DNA of 64,000 nucleotides from an uncultured Aquimarina sp. (GCA_947489685.1 CANLEM010000007.1:61310-125309), one strand, 5' to 3'; numbered from the stretch's first letter, positions 11,201-19,697 are shown. Numbers and translations: made by a program. The notes: generated by a model not told the origin, from the sequence alone.

Positions 11201-11385
11201 TTGTCGTTGTTTTCTTTTTTGGCAGTATCGTATATAGTTTGCACTACTTCGACTGCGGATTTTGGCAACCCCTTTTCTTCAAAAGCCTGAACTTTTTTCC
11301 AATCGGCCTGATAATCATTTTGACCATTCATATAATTTAGGTTAGATATACAGAGTATAATAAGGATGATATACTTTTTCATCAT
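5290..11385 (-). CDS. Bacterial alpha-2-macroglobulin family protein
   Basis: 2031 aa. MG2-type motif FTDRSIYRPGQTVYFKG, A2M-domain motifs FQETAFF-like (LQETAFFYP) and PEALTRWK, thioester motif YECSEQ (CSEQ at 6928-6939), and C-terminal RVRIELRSDRAMEFVHMKDMRASGLE. Confidence 0.95.
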   Translation of the reverse strand: MMKKYIILIILCISNLNYMNGQNDYQADWKKVQAFEEKGLPKSAVEVVQTIYDTAKKENNDNQVIKALLHKAKYLLTLEEDAQLNIIKELKNEIDQSKFPKRNILESILANLYWQYFKENRWKFYNRTQTSEKVDSEDFRTWDLETLFNEIHTYYQKSIKNGVLAQQTDLSKFNEILHIRHDSKKYRPTLYDFLTHNALEFYKTSETNITKPSYAFRIDSPDFLADHNAFSKLKIEPKDSLSLQGNALKLYQNLIKFHARNNNVDALTEVNIERIKFVYQNAVFTNKQDILLKTLRLEKNQIKTHISSALYDFEIANLYNEQAASYTPKENETHRWKLKDALELCNTVVEKFPDSRGGDNCQSLKDQILHPELNISIEKYAPIQTPGRLLVTYKNLNKLYFKALKITPKQLKALDRLYKLDEQIKFLNALRISKTWETEIRNESDYQKHSTEVLLPELDQGYYLVVATVAPDLSQKNMFSYGKIQISDLALVENRTTEESIFQVLDRNNGNPVANAKVNFKTSTDRQYGNKLDKTLITDKNGQVHLTINKYYYDVNITISHQEDKAFFEGFYLNQSHSRNTDDDNTRYNTFIFTDRSIYRPGQTVYFKGIMMSSKLKEDFKVLPEYSAFATLRDVNGQEIKTLHLKTNEYGSFKGEFILPSSGLTGIYTIQTNNHQSASISVEEYKRPKFETKFNPVTETYKVHDTIKLIGIASAYAGSNITDAKVVYRVHRKVQYPRWCYWYPRYNSEPQEITHGETKTDENGEYIINFAALPDPTVNKENLPIFNYEVTADVIDINGETRSTQAYVAVGYHALTATIGVQSKINTSKKDNVLTIQTLNLNNEPVAANGSIQIFKLKAPNKPIRIRPWSAPDYEGFPKDEFNKLFPHDAFKNEHDFRTWEKGELVFDTTFDTSKKDNIGNQEINLESIKKWKSGKYVIELKTKDRFGQKVKDIQYITAYNQADDLISDQQLFEITTNKTSYKIGDDAIIKLSSASEDITITLDIEKNYRITETKLIKLSNNSKTIKIPVTKEDLGGFSISYSFVNYNSYQNGALLLAVPYEPTELSIETNTFRDKLQPGQQETWNFTIKGPKGDKVSAELLASMYDASLDQFKPHQWYFNPINRPIYYSQNRRKATQSFGANAFKLYNNTGYYGYTSQNYDQLNWFGLYFRQQYFGGRNRMYDVMETAAAPMMQKSMARSAPAEEDAELSEIVVEGNAGIEKEEKAKDLDQAESKSDETKKETSLEGVKIRKNLQETAFFYPQLTTDVEGNVSFSFTAPEALTRWKLQLLAHTKEMHSGLQTLETVTQKELMILPNPPRFLREGDKIVLSSKVSNLADKDLNGIIELQLFDALTNKMIDADLKNTNARQNFAVKTKGNTNISWELQIPDNVQTVLYKIVAKAEDFSDGEQNALPVLSNRMLVTETLPMWIRSNQTKTFTLDKLKDNNSTTLKHHKLTLEMTSNPAWYAVQALPYLMEYPYECSEQTFSRYYANALASHIANSNPRIQEVFNQWKSTDALLSNLEKNQELKSLIIQETPWLRDAQSETEQKKRIALLFDLNKMNNELQSALNKLRKMQSGSGGFPWFHGGRENRFITQHIATGFGHLKKLGVTTFDSNTTNMLNSAIRFLDNAFVKEYNELKRYCDKNNIDINKNHMSYTQIHYMYMRSFYTDVKRPKKTNEAWNYYLGQSKKYWLSQSLYAQGMLALILNRNDDNSTANKIIRSLDEKSITSEELGMYWKSNTASWYWYQAPIETQSLMIEVFSEIEQEPKRTEIVDNLKVWLLKNKQTNRWKTTKATSDAIYALLLQGSDWLSVTDMVDIVLGGQKIDPNTMEDVKVEAGTGYFKTSWQGNEIQPNMGTAKITKKGKGIAWGALYWQYFENLDKITPAKTPLSLKKKLFLKKNTDTGEEITEITNTTNLKLGDLVRVRIELRSDRAMEFVHMKDMRASGLEPVNVISQYKWQDGLGYYESTKDAATNFFIDYLPKGVFVFEYDLRVNNKGDFSNGITTIQSMYAPEFSSHSEGIRVQIK

Positions 11386-11405
11386 AAAGGTTTTAGGTTG
11401 TTAAA

Positions 11406-11413
11406 CAAACTTA
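11406..11413 (-). promoter_or_regulatory. Bacteroidota sigma-70 -7 element for the A2M gene
   Basis: Reverse complement is TAAGTTTG (TAnnTTTG), 20 nt upstream of the ATG. Confidence 0.55.
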
Positions 11414-11739
11414 AACAATACGTATACCAAAATTTGTTTAGTAAACATTTCCAGCCTGAAAATAACATCATAAAGCTACGTATTTGAAATGAGTCATAAC
11501 AATTTTGTTATTATTAATTAAAATGTATCATATCAAATTTTGTACTAAGAAAGTAATACCTGTTTAAAGGTGAAATGATAAATGAGTGAAGAGTGCATTT
11601 CACTTAGTAGACTATATAAATTGATGAGCAAGTACTTTTATCCACCTATATTTTGGTTACGATGTTTACTTTTTCATTATTCGTGTCTTTTATTATTAGT
11701 TGTAGGTTGTATATTTACCAAGAGATTTAAAAAACTACT

Positions 11740-13092
11740 ATGCGGGTACATTTTATAGCTATCGGAGGAAGCGCAATGCATAATCTGGCTATTGCTTTAC
11801 ATCAAAAAGGATATCAGGTATCGGGAAGCGACGATGCTATTTTTGAGCCATCAAAATCTAGATTAGAGCGATATGGGTTATTGCCTAATGAACTTGGCTG
11901 GTTCGCAGAAAGAATAACTTCGGATCTTGATGCTATTATTTTGGGGATGCATGCCAAACAGAATAATGTAGAACTACTTAAAGCTCAAGAATTAGGAGTG
12001 ACTATTTACTCTTATCCCGAATTTTTGTATGAACAGTCCAAAAATAAGACTCGTGTTGTAATCGGAGGTTCTCACGGTAAGACGACTATTACATCTATGA
12101 TTTTGCATGTATTACACTATCATGAGAAAGATGTGGATTATATGGTAGGTGCACAATTAGATGGTTTTGATACGATGGTACGCCTTACCGAAGAAAATGA
12201 CTTTATGATATTAGAGGGTGATGAGTATCTTTCGTCTCCTATCGATCGCAGGCCAAAATTTCATCTATATCAACCAAATATTGCTTTGGTGAGTGGTATT
12301 GCATGGGATCATATTAATGTATTTCCTACATATGAGAATTATGTAAAACAATTTGAGATTTTCATGACGTCTATCATAAATGGTGGAGCATTGGTTTATA
12401 ATGAAGAAGATAATGAAGTGAAAAAACTTGCTGAAGCCACAGAAAACCCTATTCGAAAATTTGCGTATACTATCCCAAGATATAGGATAGAAAATGGAAA
12501 AACGATACTGGATACTCCCGAAGGAGAAATGCCAATAGAGGTTTTTGGGGCACATAACCTTAGCAATTTGGCAGGAGCCAAATGGATTTGCCAACACATG
12601 GGCGTTGACGAAGATGATTTTTATGAGGCTATCGCTTCTTTTAAAGGGGCATCCAAGAGATTAGAAAAAATTGCCGAAAGCCAGACCACGGTTGCTTATA
12701 AAGATTTTGCTCATAGCCCGTCCAAAGTTAAGGCAACAACTACTGCTGTAAAAGAACAGTATAGTGACAGAAATATAATTGCTTGCTTAGAATTACATAC
12801 ATATAGTAGCCTGAATGCCGAATTTTTAAAAGAATACCAAGGTGCTTTGGATGCTGCAGATAAGGCTGTTGTTTTTTATTCGCCGGATGCTGTTAAAATT
12901 AAGCAATTAGATGAGGTTTCTATTGATCAAATTTCAAAAGCCTTTAATCGAGAAGACCTTTTGATTTATACTAACCCTAAAGAATTTCAAGAATATTTAA
13001 AGCAAGAGAATTTTTCGAATTCGGTTTTATTGTTGATGAGTAGTGGTAACTACGGAGGTCTTAATTTTGATGAGGTAAAAAGTTGGTTTTAA
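11740..13092 (+). CDS. mpl: Murein peptide ligase Mpl (MurC/Mpl family)
   Basis: N-terminal HFIAIGGSAM, P-loop GSHGKTT, EGDEY, DHINVF and DFAHSP motifs. A standalone MurC-family gene outside the dcw cluster favours Mpl. Confidence 0.8.
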   Translation: MRVHFIAIGGSAMHNLAIALHQKGYQVSGSDDAIFEPSKSRLERYGLLPNELGWFAERITSDLDAIILGMHAKQNNVELLKAQELGVTIYSYPEFLYEQSKNKTRVVIGGSHGKTTITSMILHVLHYHEKDVDYMVGAQLDGFDTMVRLTEENDFMILEGDEYLSSPIDRRPKFHLYQPNIALVSGIAWDHINVFPTYENYVKQFEIFMTSIINGGALVYNEEDNEVKKLAEATENPIRKFAYTIPRYRIENGKTILDTPEGEMPIEVFGAHNLSNLAGAKWICQHMGVDEDDFYEAIASFKGASKRLEKIAESQTTVAYKDFAHSPSKVKATTTAVKEQYSDRNIIACLELHTYSSLNAEFLKEYQGALDAADKAVVFYSPDAVKIKQLDEVSIDQISKAFNREDLLIYTNPKEFQEYLKQENFSNSVLLLMSSGNYGGLNFDEVKSWF

Positions 13093-13116
13093 GCAATACT
13101 TTTGATTATATACATT

Positions 13117-13716
13117 TTATAGGTGCCTCTTAAATATGTCATCTACAAAATTGGCTACGCTTTTTTGGTTGTTTTGTATAAGTTCTTTTTTGGCATTTTC
13201 GATATCTGCAGGCACTTTATCTTGACTTAATTTAAACTTTCCTTCCCATTGTTCGATCTCAATTTCGAAACAATGAATGAATGGAAGCAAACGATCCATT
13301 CTTTGATCTGCTATATCCAGTGTAAATTTCTGATCTGGATTTTCCAGAAATTCTGTCATAGTTACCATGGATTGTTTTATAATAGTAGGATCTTCTATTT
13401 CATTTACTTTTCCGGTTGCGTGCGCGATAATATAATTCCAGGTAGGTAATTGCTTTGTTGTGTAAACAGAAGGAGAGATATACGTTTGAGGTCCTTGAAA
13501 AACAGCCGTTATTGGATGATTACCTTTTAATAGTCGTGTATGCGGATTATTAGCATCAATATGCCCAACAAGTGTATCTCCATGAAAAATTAAAGGTGCA
13601 TGAGTAATAAAAGGAGTGTCATTATTCGCAGATACTAAAGTGGCAAAAGGGTATGCTTTGGCTACTTCTTTAATATTATCTATGTTGTAATCCTGATGGT
13701 GTTTTGGTGGATACAC
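13117..13716 (-). CDS. PaiB-family FMN-binding split-barrel protein
   Basis: PFATLVS, THAPL, GHIDANNPH, FQGPQTYISPSVY, LPTWNY and GKFKLSQ motifs. Confidence 0.88.
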   Translation of the reverse strand: MYPPKHHQDYNIDNIKEVAKAYPFATLVSANNDTPFITHAPLIFHGDTLVGHIDANNPHTRLLKGNHPITAVFQGPQTYISPSVYTTKQLPTWNYIIAHATGKVNEIEDPTIIKQSMVTMTEFLENPDQKFTLDIADQRMDRLLPFIHCFEIEIEQWEGKFKLSQDKVPADIENAKKELIQNNQKSVANFVDDIFKRHL

Positions 13717-13719
13717 TAA

Positions 13720-14163
13720 TTACGCTTTAAATTGTTGAAGATGGTGATCAAGGTGCTTATATTGCATTTTCCCCCATTGATCCTGAGTAAATTTTCCGAA
13801 CATCGGATGAGGAGCCCATTCTTTTTGATCCCGTTTGTTAGAAAATTCGGATACCAAACTTAATAATTCTTGTTTTTCTTTCTCAAATTCCTTTTGATCA
13901 ACAACTTTGAGTTTAGAATGGGTAGGTAGATTTTTTTTCCATGGCTTATCATTATACATGGATTTCTTGAAAAAGAGTTTGGCCAAAAAATTAGGTTTAA
14001 GTTCTGGGTGCTCCTTTTGCATGGCTATTTTTAAAGGAAATTGGCAATGATATAACATCTGAGAAGCATTCATCTTTCCCCAAGAAGGACTACTTGAATC
14101 TGAAACTTTGTTAATTCGATCTGCTATTTCCTGTAAGGTCGATTCTTCAAATAAGGATTTCAT
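13720..14163 (-). CDS. DUF1569 / DinB-like protein
   Basis: WGKMNASQMLYHC, HPMFGKFT and HLDHHLQQF give a DinB-type His metal triad. Confidence 0.85.
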   Translation of the reverse strand: MKSLFEESTLQEIADRINKVSDSSSPSWGKMNASQMLYHCQFPLKIAMQKEHPELKPNFLAKLFFKKSMYNDKPWKKNLPTHSKLKVVDQKEFEKEKQELLSLVSEFSNKRDQKEWAPHPMFGKFTQDQWGKMQYKHLDHHLQQFKA

Positions 14164-14189
14164 GAAAAAGAGGTTTTATTAGATAATAC

Positions 14190-14197
14190 CAAAAATA
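14190..14197 (-). promoter_or_regulatory. -7 element for the DUF1569-paiB pair
   Basis: Reverse complement is TATTTTTG, 26 nt upstream of the ATG at 14163. Confidence 0.5.
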
Positions 14198-14215
14198 AGG
14201 TATTTTGTATAAAAT

Positions 14216-14243
14216 AAAAAAGGCAGCTCAACGAGCTGCCTTT
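14216..14243 (-). terminator. Intrinsic terminator after the 14264-14707 gene
   Basis: AAAGGCAGCTC-AAC-GAGCTGCCTTT, with a U-run on the minus strand. Confidence 0.85.
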
Positions 14244-14263
14244 ACATATATATTGTATACAAA

Positions 14264-14707
14264 TTAACCTACTTCATCAAAGAATAAACTTAAAAACCCA
14301 TCTAGATCATCATTACTAGCGATGTCTTTTGGTGTTCCTAAATTTATCATTAGAGGTTGATCTTTTATAGTACCTCTTAGGAAATATTGGTAGGTTGTAC
14401 CCATTTTAAATTTATAGCCTTTTAACTGAGAGCCAAAAGAAGTAAAAGTTACTTCTGTTTTAGAAGTGTTACTTTCTGCAAAAGCAGTAATTGTGGCTTC
14501 AAATACAGCAGATAACATATCATCAGTATAGTAATCCCATTTTATAGATGTTCCATTACAAGCTTGTAATTCGTACTCAGATTGAGCTTCACATCCACGA
14601 GGAACTTGTATGTTATTTCCTACTAGATTTAAAAAGGAAACCTTCTTAGCCTGTCCGTAAAAACTTAAAGTTGAAAGAAGTAAAACGATAGTAAAAATAT
14701 TCTTCAT
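14264..14707 (-). CDS. Secreted hypothetical protein
   Basis: Signal peptide ending FYG-Q, two Cys residues, and its own promoter and terminator. No family recognised. Confidence 0.7.
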   Translation of the reverse strand: MKNIFTIVLLLSTLSFYGQAKKVSFLNLVGNNIQVPRGCEAQSEYELQACNGTSIKWDYYTDDMLSAVFEATITAFAESNTSKTEVTFTSFGSQLKGYKFKMGTTYQYFLRGTIKDQPLMINLGTPKDIASNDDLDGFLSLFFDEVG

Positions 14708-14759
14708 ATATAGGTTAATTTGAAGGTGTTAAATTATTCATTTTTAGATTAAGGGTGCC

Positions 14760-14767
14760 CAAATATA
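14760..14767 (-). promoter_or_regulatory. -7 element for the secreted hypothetical gene
   Basis: Reverse complement is TATATTTG. Confidence 0.55.
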
Positions 14768-14936
14768 GTAAAACTTTCATTTTCAAACAAATATATCCTT
14801 GGTTTATTGAAAGATAATTAAAAATTGGAGGCTTCTTTTGGTAGATTATTAAAGCAATAATGTGTTGTATTTGAGATAAATAGTTTATACTTACTTAAAG
14901 AAATATTTTTTTCAGTTTAATAGCGAAATTCAATAT

Positions 14937-15632
14937 ATGAGTGAACAAAACCCTTCTTTTTCGATCAAGGAATGGAATGAAAATGATCGTCCAAGAGAGA
15001 AATTAATCGCCAAAGGGAAGAATTCTTTAAGTGATGCAGAGCTGATAGCAATACTTGTTAGATCCGGTAGTCGAGATGAAAGTGCCGTAGCATTGAGTAA
15101 GAGAATGTTGGCTAGTGTTGATCATGATATAAATAGGTTAGGAAAGTTATCTGTAAAACAATTAATGAATTTTAAAGGTATAGGAGAGGCCAAAGCCGTA
15201 GCAATAGTTGCAGGCTTAGAATTAGGACGAAGGAGAAAAGAAGGTGTAAAAACTGTCCCGAAAATAAGTAGTAGTAAAGATGCATATGATTTGTTTGATC
15301 GCGTTATCGGAGATTTAGATCATGAAGAGTTTTGGGTGTTATATCTTAATAATGCGAATAAAGTACTCCAGCAAAAACAAATTAGCGTAGGAGGAAAAAC
15401 AGGAACACTAGTAGATGTCAGGGTCGTTTTTCGAAATGCTTTGGAGTATGGTGCGACCAGTATAATTATTGGACATAATCACCCCAGTGGTGCTGTATTG
15501 CCCAGTACATCGGATAAACAGTTGACTCAAAAACTGAAACAGGCAGGAACAAGTTTGGATATTAAAGTATTGGATCATATTATTATAGGAGAAAAAACCT
15601 ATTTTAGCTTTGCAGACGAAACAATATTGTAA
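14937..15632 (+). CDS. radC: RadC-like JAB-domain protein
   Basis: DRPREKL, LSDAELIA, HhH motif KGIGEAKA, and JAB motif HEEF...HNHPSG...SDKQLT. Confidence 0.95.
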   Translation: MSEQNPSFSIKEWNENDRPREKLIAKGKNSLSDAELIAILVRSGSRDESAVALSKRMLASVDHDINRLGKLSVKQLMNFKGIGEAKAVAIVAGLELGRRRKEGVKTVPKISSSKDAYDLFDRVIGDLDHEEFWVLYLNNANKVLQQKQISVGGKTGTLVDVRVVFRNALEYGATSIIIGHNHPSGAVLPSTSDKQLTQKLKQAGTSLDIKVLDHIIIGEKTYFSFADETIL

Positions 15633-15684
15633 GTAAAAAAGTGTGCTTTGGCAAAGTTGTACGTCAAAATCTGTATTTAGAAAT

Positions 15685-16989
15685 ATGTTATTAGTACATA
15701 CACAAAAAGTAACACCAAGAGTATCTTATACGTTTAAACAGATTTGTAAACGTATTCTGGGCTTGGATGTTGATCTAACTTCAAAGATTGAAACATTTAT
15801 TGCGCATGATGGCCCTAAGTTTTCTTATGGGAAACAACCATTAGGGAAGGAATTGTATTTTCAGAGTGTAGATTTACTTTTTGAACATGGGTTAAATGAT
15901 GTTGATGTTCAGGTTTCGAAATGGGAAGATACCATGTGTTTCTTTGATGTAAAACACGAAATATCGGCGTTACCTTATGATATTTTTGCTGCTTCGTTTT
16001 ATCTTCTTACCAGATATGAAGAATACTTGCCACATGTTAAGGATGCTATGGGTAGATTTCCTGCAACCGAAAGTATTGCCTGTCAATATGGATTTTTACA
16101 AGATCCAGTAGTTGATATATGGGCCTTCAAATTCATGAAAATTATTCTTGAAAAATATCCTAATCTAGAGTTTGAACAAAGAAAATTCTCGATAATGCCA
16201 ATTTTGGCCGTTAGTGAAACTTTTGCTTATAAAAACAAAGGAATTTTGCGTTCTATTGGAGGTGGTATTCGAGATCTTTGGAATCTAAAATTAGATGAAT
16301 TTACAGATAGATTTAGAACACTGCTAGGATTAAAAAAAGACCCTTATGACATCTTTGATTTTGTAATTGATCTTCAGAAAAACAAAAAAAGAAAAGCTAA
16401 AGTTTTATTCGGAATTGGAGATTATTCTAACTACGAAAAAAATATTGGATACAACAAACCCCAGCACCGCACCGTTATAAAACATATAGGGGATTATGTT
16501 GATGTTGGTTTAAAAGCTTCGTACGAAGCAGTTTGTGAGTTAACGGTACTTAAAAAAGAAAAAGAAAGAATTGAAAGTATTTTGAATCGAAAATTGAAAT
16601 ATTCAATGTGTTCTTTTTTTAAAATAAAACTACCAGAAGCCTATCGCAATTTTATTGAACTCGAGGTAGGAGAGGATTATTCTATGGGATATTCCGAAAA
16701 TTCTGGTTTTAGAGCTGGTACATGTACTCCTTTTATGTTTTATGATTTGGATTACGAAGTACAAACACCCTTAGTCGTGTATTCTTTTTGCTTTTCCAAT
16801 TTAGGACAAAGAGAAGATAAAAGCACCGAAGAAGAGGTTAGGAGTGAGTTGAATGCTTATATGGATAGAATTAAAGAGGTAAAAGGAACTTTTATTCCGG
16901 TTTTTGGTAATACTTTATTCAGCGATATCTATCATCAATCGTTTTGGAAATCAATTTTTAAATTTATTTGGGATATAGATAATGGATAA
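15685..16989 (+). CDS. DUF7033 / polysaccharide-deacetylase-like protein
   Basis: FDIFAASFYLLTRYEEY-type N-domain (PYDIFAASFYLLTRYEEY), PVVDIWA, and C-terminal DYSMGY...GFRAGTCTPF motifs typical of this Bacteroidota family. Start is probably ATG 15685. Confidence 0.7.
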   Translation: MLLVHTQKVTPRVSYTFKQICKRILGLDVDLTSKIETFIAHDGPKFSYGKQPLGKELYFQSVDLLFEHGLNDVDVQVSKWEDTMCFFDVKHEISALPYDIFAASFYLLTRYEEYLPHVKDAMGRFPATESIACQYGFLQDPVVDIWAFKFMKIILEKYPNLEFEQRKFSIMPILAVSETFAYKNKGILRSIGGGIRDLWNLKLDEFTDRFRTLLGLKKDPYDIFDFVIDLQKNKKRKAKVLFGIGDYSNYEKNIGYNKPQHRTVIKHIGDYVDVGLKASYEAVCELTVLKKEKERIESILNRKLKYSMCSFFKIKLPEAYRNFIELEVGEDYSMGYSENSGFRAGTCTPFMFYDLDYEVQTPLVVYSFCFSNLGQREDKSTEEEVRSELNAYMDRIKEVKGTFIPVFGNTLFSDIYHQSFWKSIFKFIWDIDNG

Positions 16990-17668
16990 TGTAATAAAGC
17001 ATGTTTTTTTTGATCTCGACCATACACTTTGGGATTTTGATAAAAACTCCTCACTAGCCTTTGAGATGATTTTTGATAAGTTTAAAATAAATAAGGATAT
17101 ACAAGCTTTTTTAGAAATCTATCAACCCATCAACATGAAGTATTGGAAGCTTTATAGAGAAGAAAAGGTGAGTAAAAAAGAACTTAGAAGAGGTCGTTTT
17201 ATAGATGCTTTTACTACTCTTAATATAGAATTTTCGTTAGAAATCATTGATCAAATGTCTGAAGATTATATTTCTTTTTTGCCACTTAATAATTATTTGA
17301 TCGATGGGGCAAAGGATCTGTTAGAGTATCTGCAACCAAAATATGAGATGCATATTATAACGAATGGTTTTAGAGAAGTACAGCAAAATAAATTATCGAA
17401 TTCTCGAATAAAACAATATTTTAAAACGGTTACGAATAGTGAAGAGGTTGGGGTAAAAAAGCCAAATCCTATTATTTTCGAACACGCTATAAAGATTTCA
17501 GGGGCCGAAATCGGTAATAGCATTATGATAGGAGATAATTACGAAGCTGATATCATGGGGGCCGAAGCATTAGGTCTTAGAACCATTTGCTTTAACTATC
17601 ATAAAGAAAAAATACCATCACAAAATATTCAGGTTTCAGAATTAAAAAATATTAAAAAACACCTGTAG
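16982..17668 (+). CDS. yjjG: YjjG-family HAD pyrimidine nucleotidase
   Basis: HAD motifs FDLDHTLWDF, IITNGF, KKPNP and IGDNYEADI. Confidence 0.88.
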   Translation: MDNVIKHVFFDLDHTLWDFDKNSSLAFEMIFDKFKINKDIQAFLEIYQPINMKYWKLYREEKVSKKELRRGRFIDAFTTLNIEFSLEIIDQMSEDYISFLPLNNYLIDGAKDLLEYLQPKYEMHIITNGFREVQQNKLSNSRIKQYFKTVTNSEEVGVKKPNPIIFEHAIKISGAEIGNSIMIGDNYEADIMGAEALGLRTICFNYHKEKIPSQNIQVSELKNIKKHL

Positions 17669-17712
17669 AAATAAATATTTGTATTTTAGTCTACTATAAA
17701 TCATTTGCCCCT

Positions 17713-18291
17713 ATGATGAAAACAAAAAAAACATATGCACTGTTATGCCTTGTTTGTATAGCATTAATGTCGATTTCCTGCGTAAAGGATGTGGATTTTG
17801 ATCAGGTTGAAGATATTGTACTGACACCTGTGTTTGAAGTTGATTTTATCTTTTCAAGATTTGATACTAATCAGTTCGTGGATCCAGATCTGGATCCCTC
17901 AATTATAATTCCCGAAGTAGTAGTTCAAGATACCTTAAATTATGATCTATTAGGAACGGATTTTGTAGTAGATAATTTGGATCGAGTCGAATTAACTTTT
18001 GAGTTTCGCAATACTATACAAAGAAGTTTTGATTTTGATTTTGGTTTCCTTAATGCCGGAGATCAACGTATAGGTCCTTCTTTTAGTATAACTGCTAATG
18101 CGGGAAATGGCCCAGGAACAGAGCCAGTTGTAACTACAGAGGTCATCGTTTTGGATAATGCTACCATCAATATATTGGGAGATGCTAATAGATTGGTTTC
18201 ATCGATTAGAGTTCAAAATGTAAATAGCGGTTTGCAAGGGATTTTAGAATTGAGATCCAAAGGAACCTACTTTATTAATTACGAATTATGA
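17713..18291 (+). CDS. Hypothetical lipoprotein
   Basis: Lipobox SIS-C followed by acidic VKDVDFD. Beta-rich sequence. Overlaps the next gene by 4 nt. Confidence 0.8.
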   Translation: MMKTKKTYALLCLVCIALMSISCVKDVDFDQVEDIVLTPVFEVDFIFSRFDTNQFVDPDLDPSIIIPEVVVQDTLNYDLLGTDFVVDNLDRVELTFEFRNTIQRSFDFDFGFLNAGDQRIGPSFSITANAGNGPGTEPVVTTEVIVLDNATINILGDANRLVSSIRVQNVNSGLQGILELRSKGTYFINYEL

Positions 18292-19694
18292 GAGCAGTTA
18301 TATATTTAAGTATACTCTTTTGGGGCTCTTGTGTGTATTCGCAAAATAAAGAGATGTTGTATGATTTTACAGACCTGCCGCAGTCATTAATGAGTAATCC
18401 GGGGGCAGATGTTAATTTTAATCGTCATTTTGGAGTACCTTTTTTATCACAATTTCATGTAAATGCTGGTTTACGAGGAGCTTCGCTTCACGATGTTTTT
18501 GCAGATGATGGAAGAAGTATTAATGAAAAAATAGAAACTACGCTTAACAAACTTACCAGTAATGATCATTTAACTCTTACCCAGCAGTTAGAAGTGCTGA
18601 ATTTTGGTTGGAAGAGTAAAAAATATAGAGATGTATACTTTTCTGGTGGAATATATCAAGAATTGGATCTTATTGGGTATTTTCCAAAAGATTTTGCTGT
18701 CTTAGCATACCAAGGTAATCAGGATTTTCTTAATCAACCATTTCGATTTTCTAATATTAGCGCATCGGGAGAGTTGCTTATGGTGTACCATTTTGGATAC
18801 AATAAAAAAGTAAATAAAAAATTAACTTTTGGAGCAAGAGCAAAACTGTATTCTAGCTTACTTCATGCAAGAACAGCGCGAAACAGCGGTACTTTTACTA
18901 CTGTAGAAACCCCTCAGGGAAATAATATCTATCAGCATATTGTTAGTAATGCCGATGTAACATTAAGGACTTCTGGGTATGCTGCCCTTAGAGATATTAG
19001 TGAAGATGCTAATGCGCAACAAGGAAAAGAGATTGTCAATAAATTAATTGGCAGAGCACTTCTTGGTGGTAATTTAGGGATTGGAGTAGATGTAGGAGTT
19101 ACCCATAAGATTAACGAACAATTAAATCTTACTGGTAGTATCAATGATTTGGGAGTTATTTTTTATACAAATGATGTAGAAACCTATCGCGCACGTGGAA
19201 ATTATGTTTTTGAAGGTTTTGAGACTCCGATTCAATTCTCGGGAGAAGAATCACAAAATTTTTTGGATGAATTAGAAGAGGCTATACCCTTGGATACATT
19301 AAGTACGAGCTATATTACTATGCGACCACTAAAATTAAATGGTTCTATTCGGTATTCTTTTAACAAATACGATGATGGAACCTGTTATAGTTGTATAGAG
19401 GGAGAAGATCCTCCTTATTTGGATGCATTGGGAGTTCAGTTATTTATGCAATTTAGACCCAAAAGACCGCAATATGCAGCTTCGTTATTTTACTACAAGC
19501 GCTTATTTAATTTTTTAAGAACAAAAGTAACGTATACCATTGATGATTATTCATATTATAATCTTGGATTTTTATTATCAACGCATATTGACAAAATTAA
19601 TTTTTATATTTCGGCTAATAATCTATTGGATTATACCAATCTTGCAAAAGCAAGAGGAACTTCTGTTCAGTTAGGTTTTAATATTATAATGTGA
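18288..19694 (+). CDS. DUF5723-family predicted outer-membrane beta-barrel
   Basis: Signal peptide ending VYS-Q, PQSLMSNPG motif, alternating amphipathic strands, and C-terminal SVQLGFNII. Family call is from memory. Confidence 0.7.
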   Translation: MRAVIYLSILFWGSCVYSQNKEMLYDFTDLPQSLMSNPGADVNFNRHFGVPFLSQFHVNAGLRGASLHDVFADDGRSINEKIETTLNKLTSNDHLTLTQQLEVLNFGWKSKKYRDVYFSGGIYQELDLIGYFPKDFAVLAYQGNQDFLNQPFRFSNISASGELLMVYHFGYNKKVNKKLTFGARAKLYSSLLHARTARNSGTFTTVETPQGNNIYQHIVSNADVTLRTSGYAALRDISEDANAQQGKEIVNKLIGRALLGGNLGIGVDVGVTHKINEQLNLTGSINDLGVIFYTNDVETYRARGNYVFEGFETPIQFSGEESQNFLDELEEAIPLDTLSTSYITMRPLKLNGSIRYSFNKYDDGTCYSCIEGEDPPYLDALGVQLFMQFRPKRPQYAASLFYYKRLFNFLRTKVTYTIDDYSYYNLGFLLSTHIDKINFYISANNLLDYTNLAKARGTSVQLGFNIIM

Positions 19695-19697
19695 TAT

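Noticed and set aside
14937-15632. radC as a marker of a mobile element or anti-restriction island
   Set aside because: It is the full-length HhH+JAB chromosomal form in a housekeeping neighbourhood, with no mobility genes nearby.
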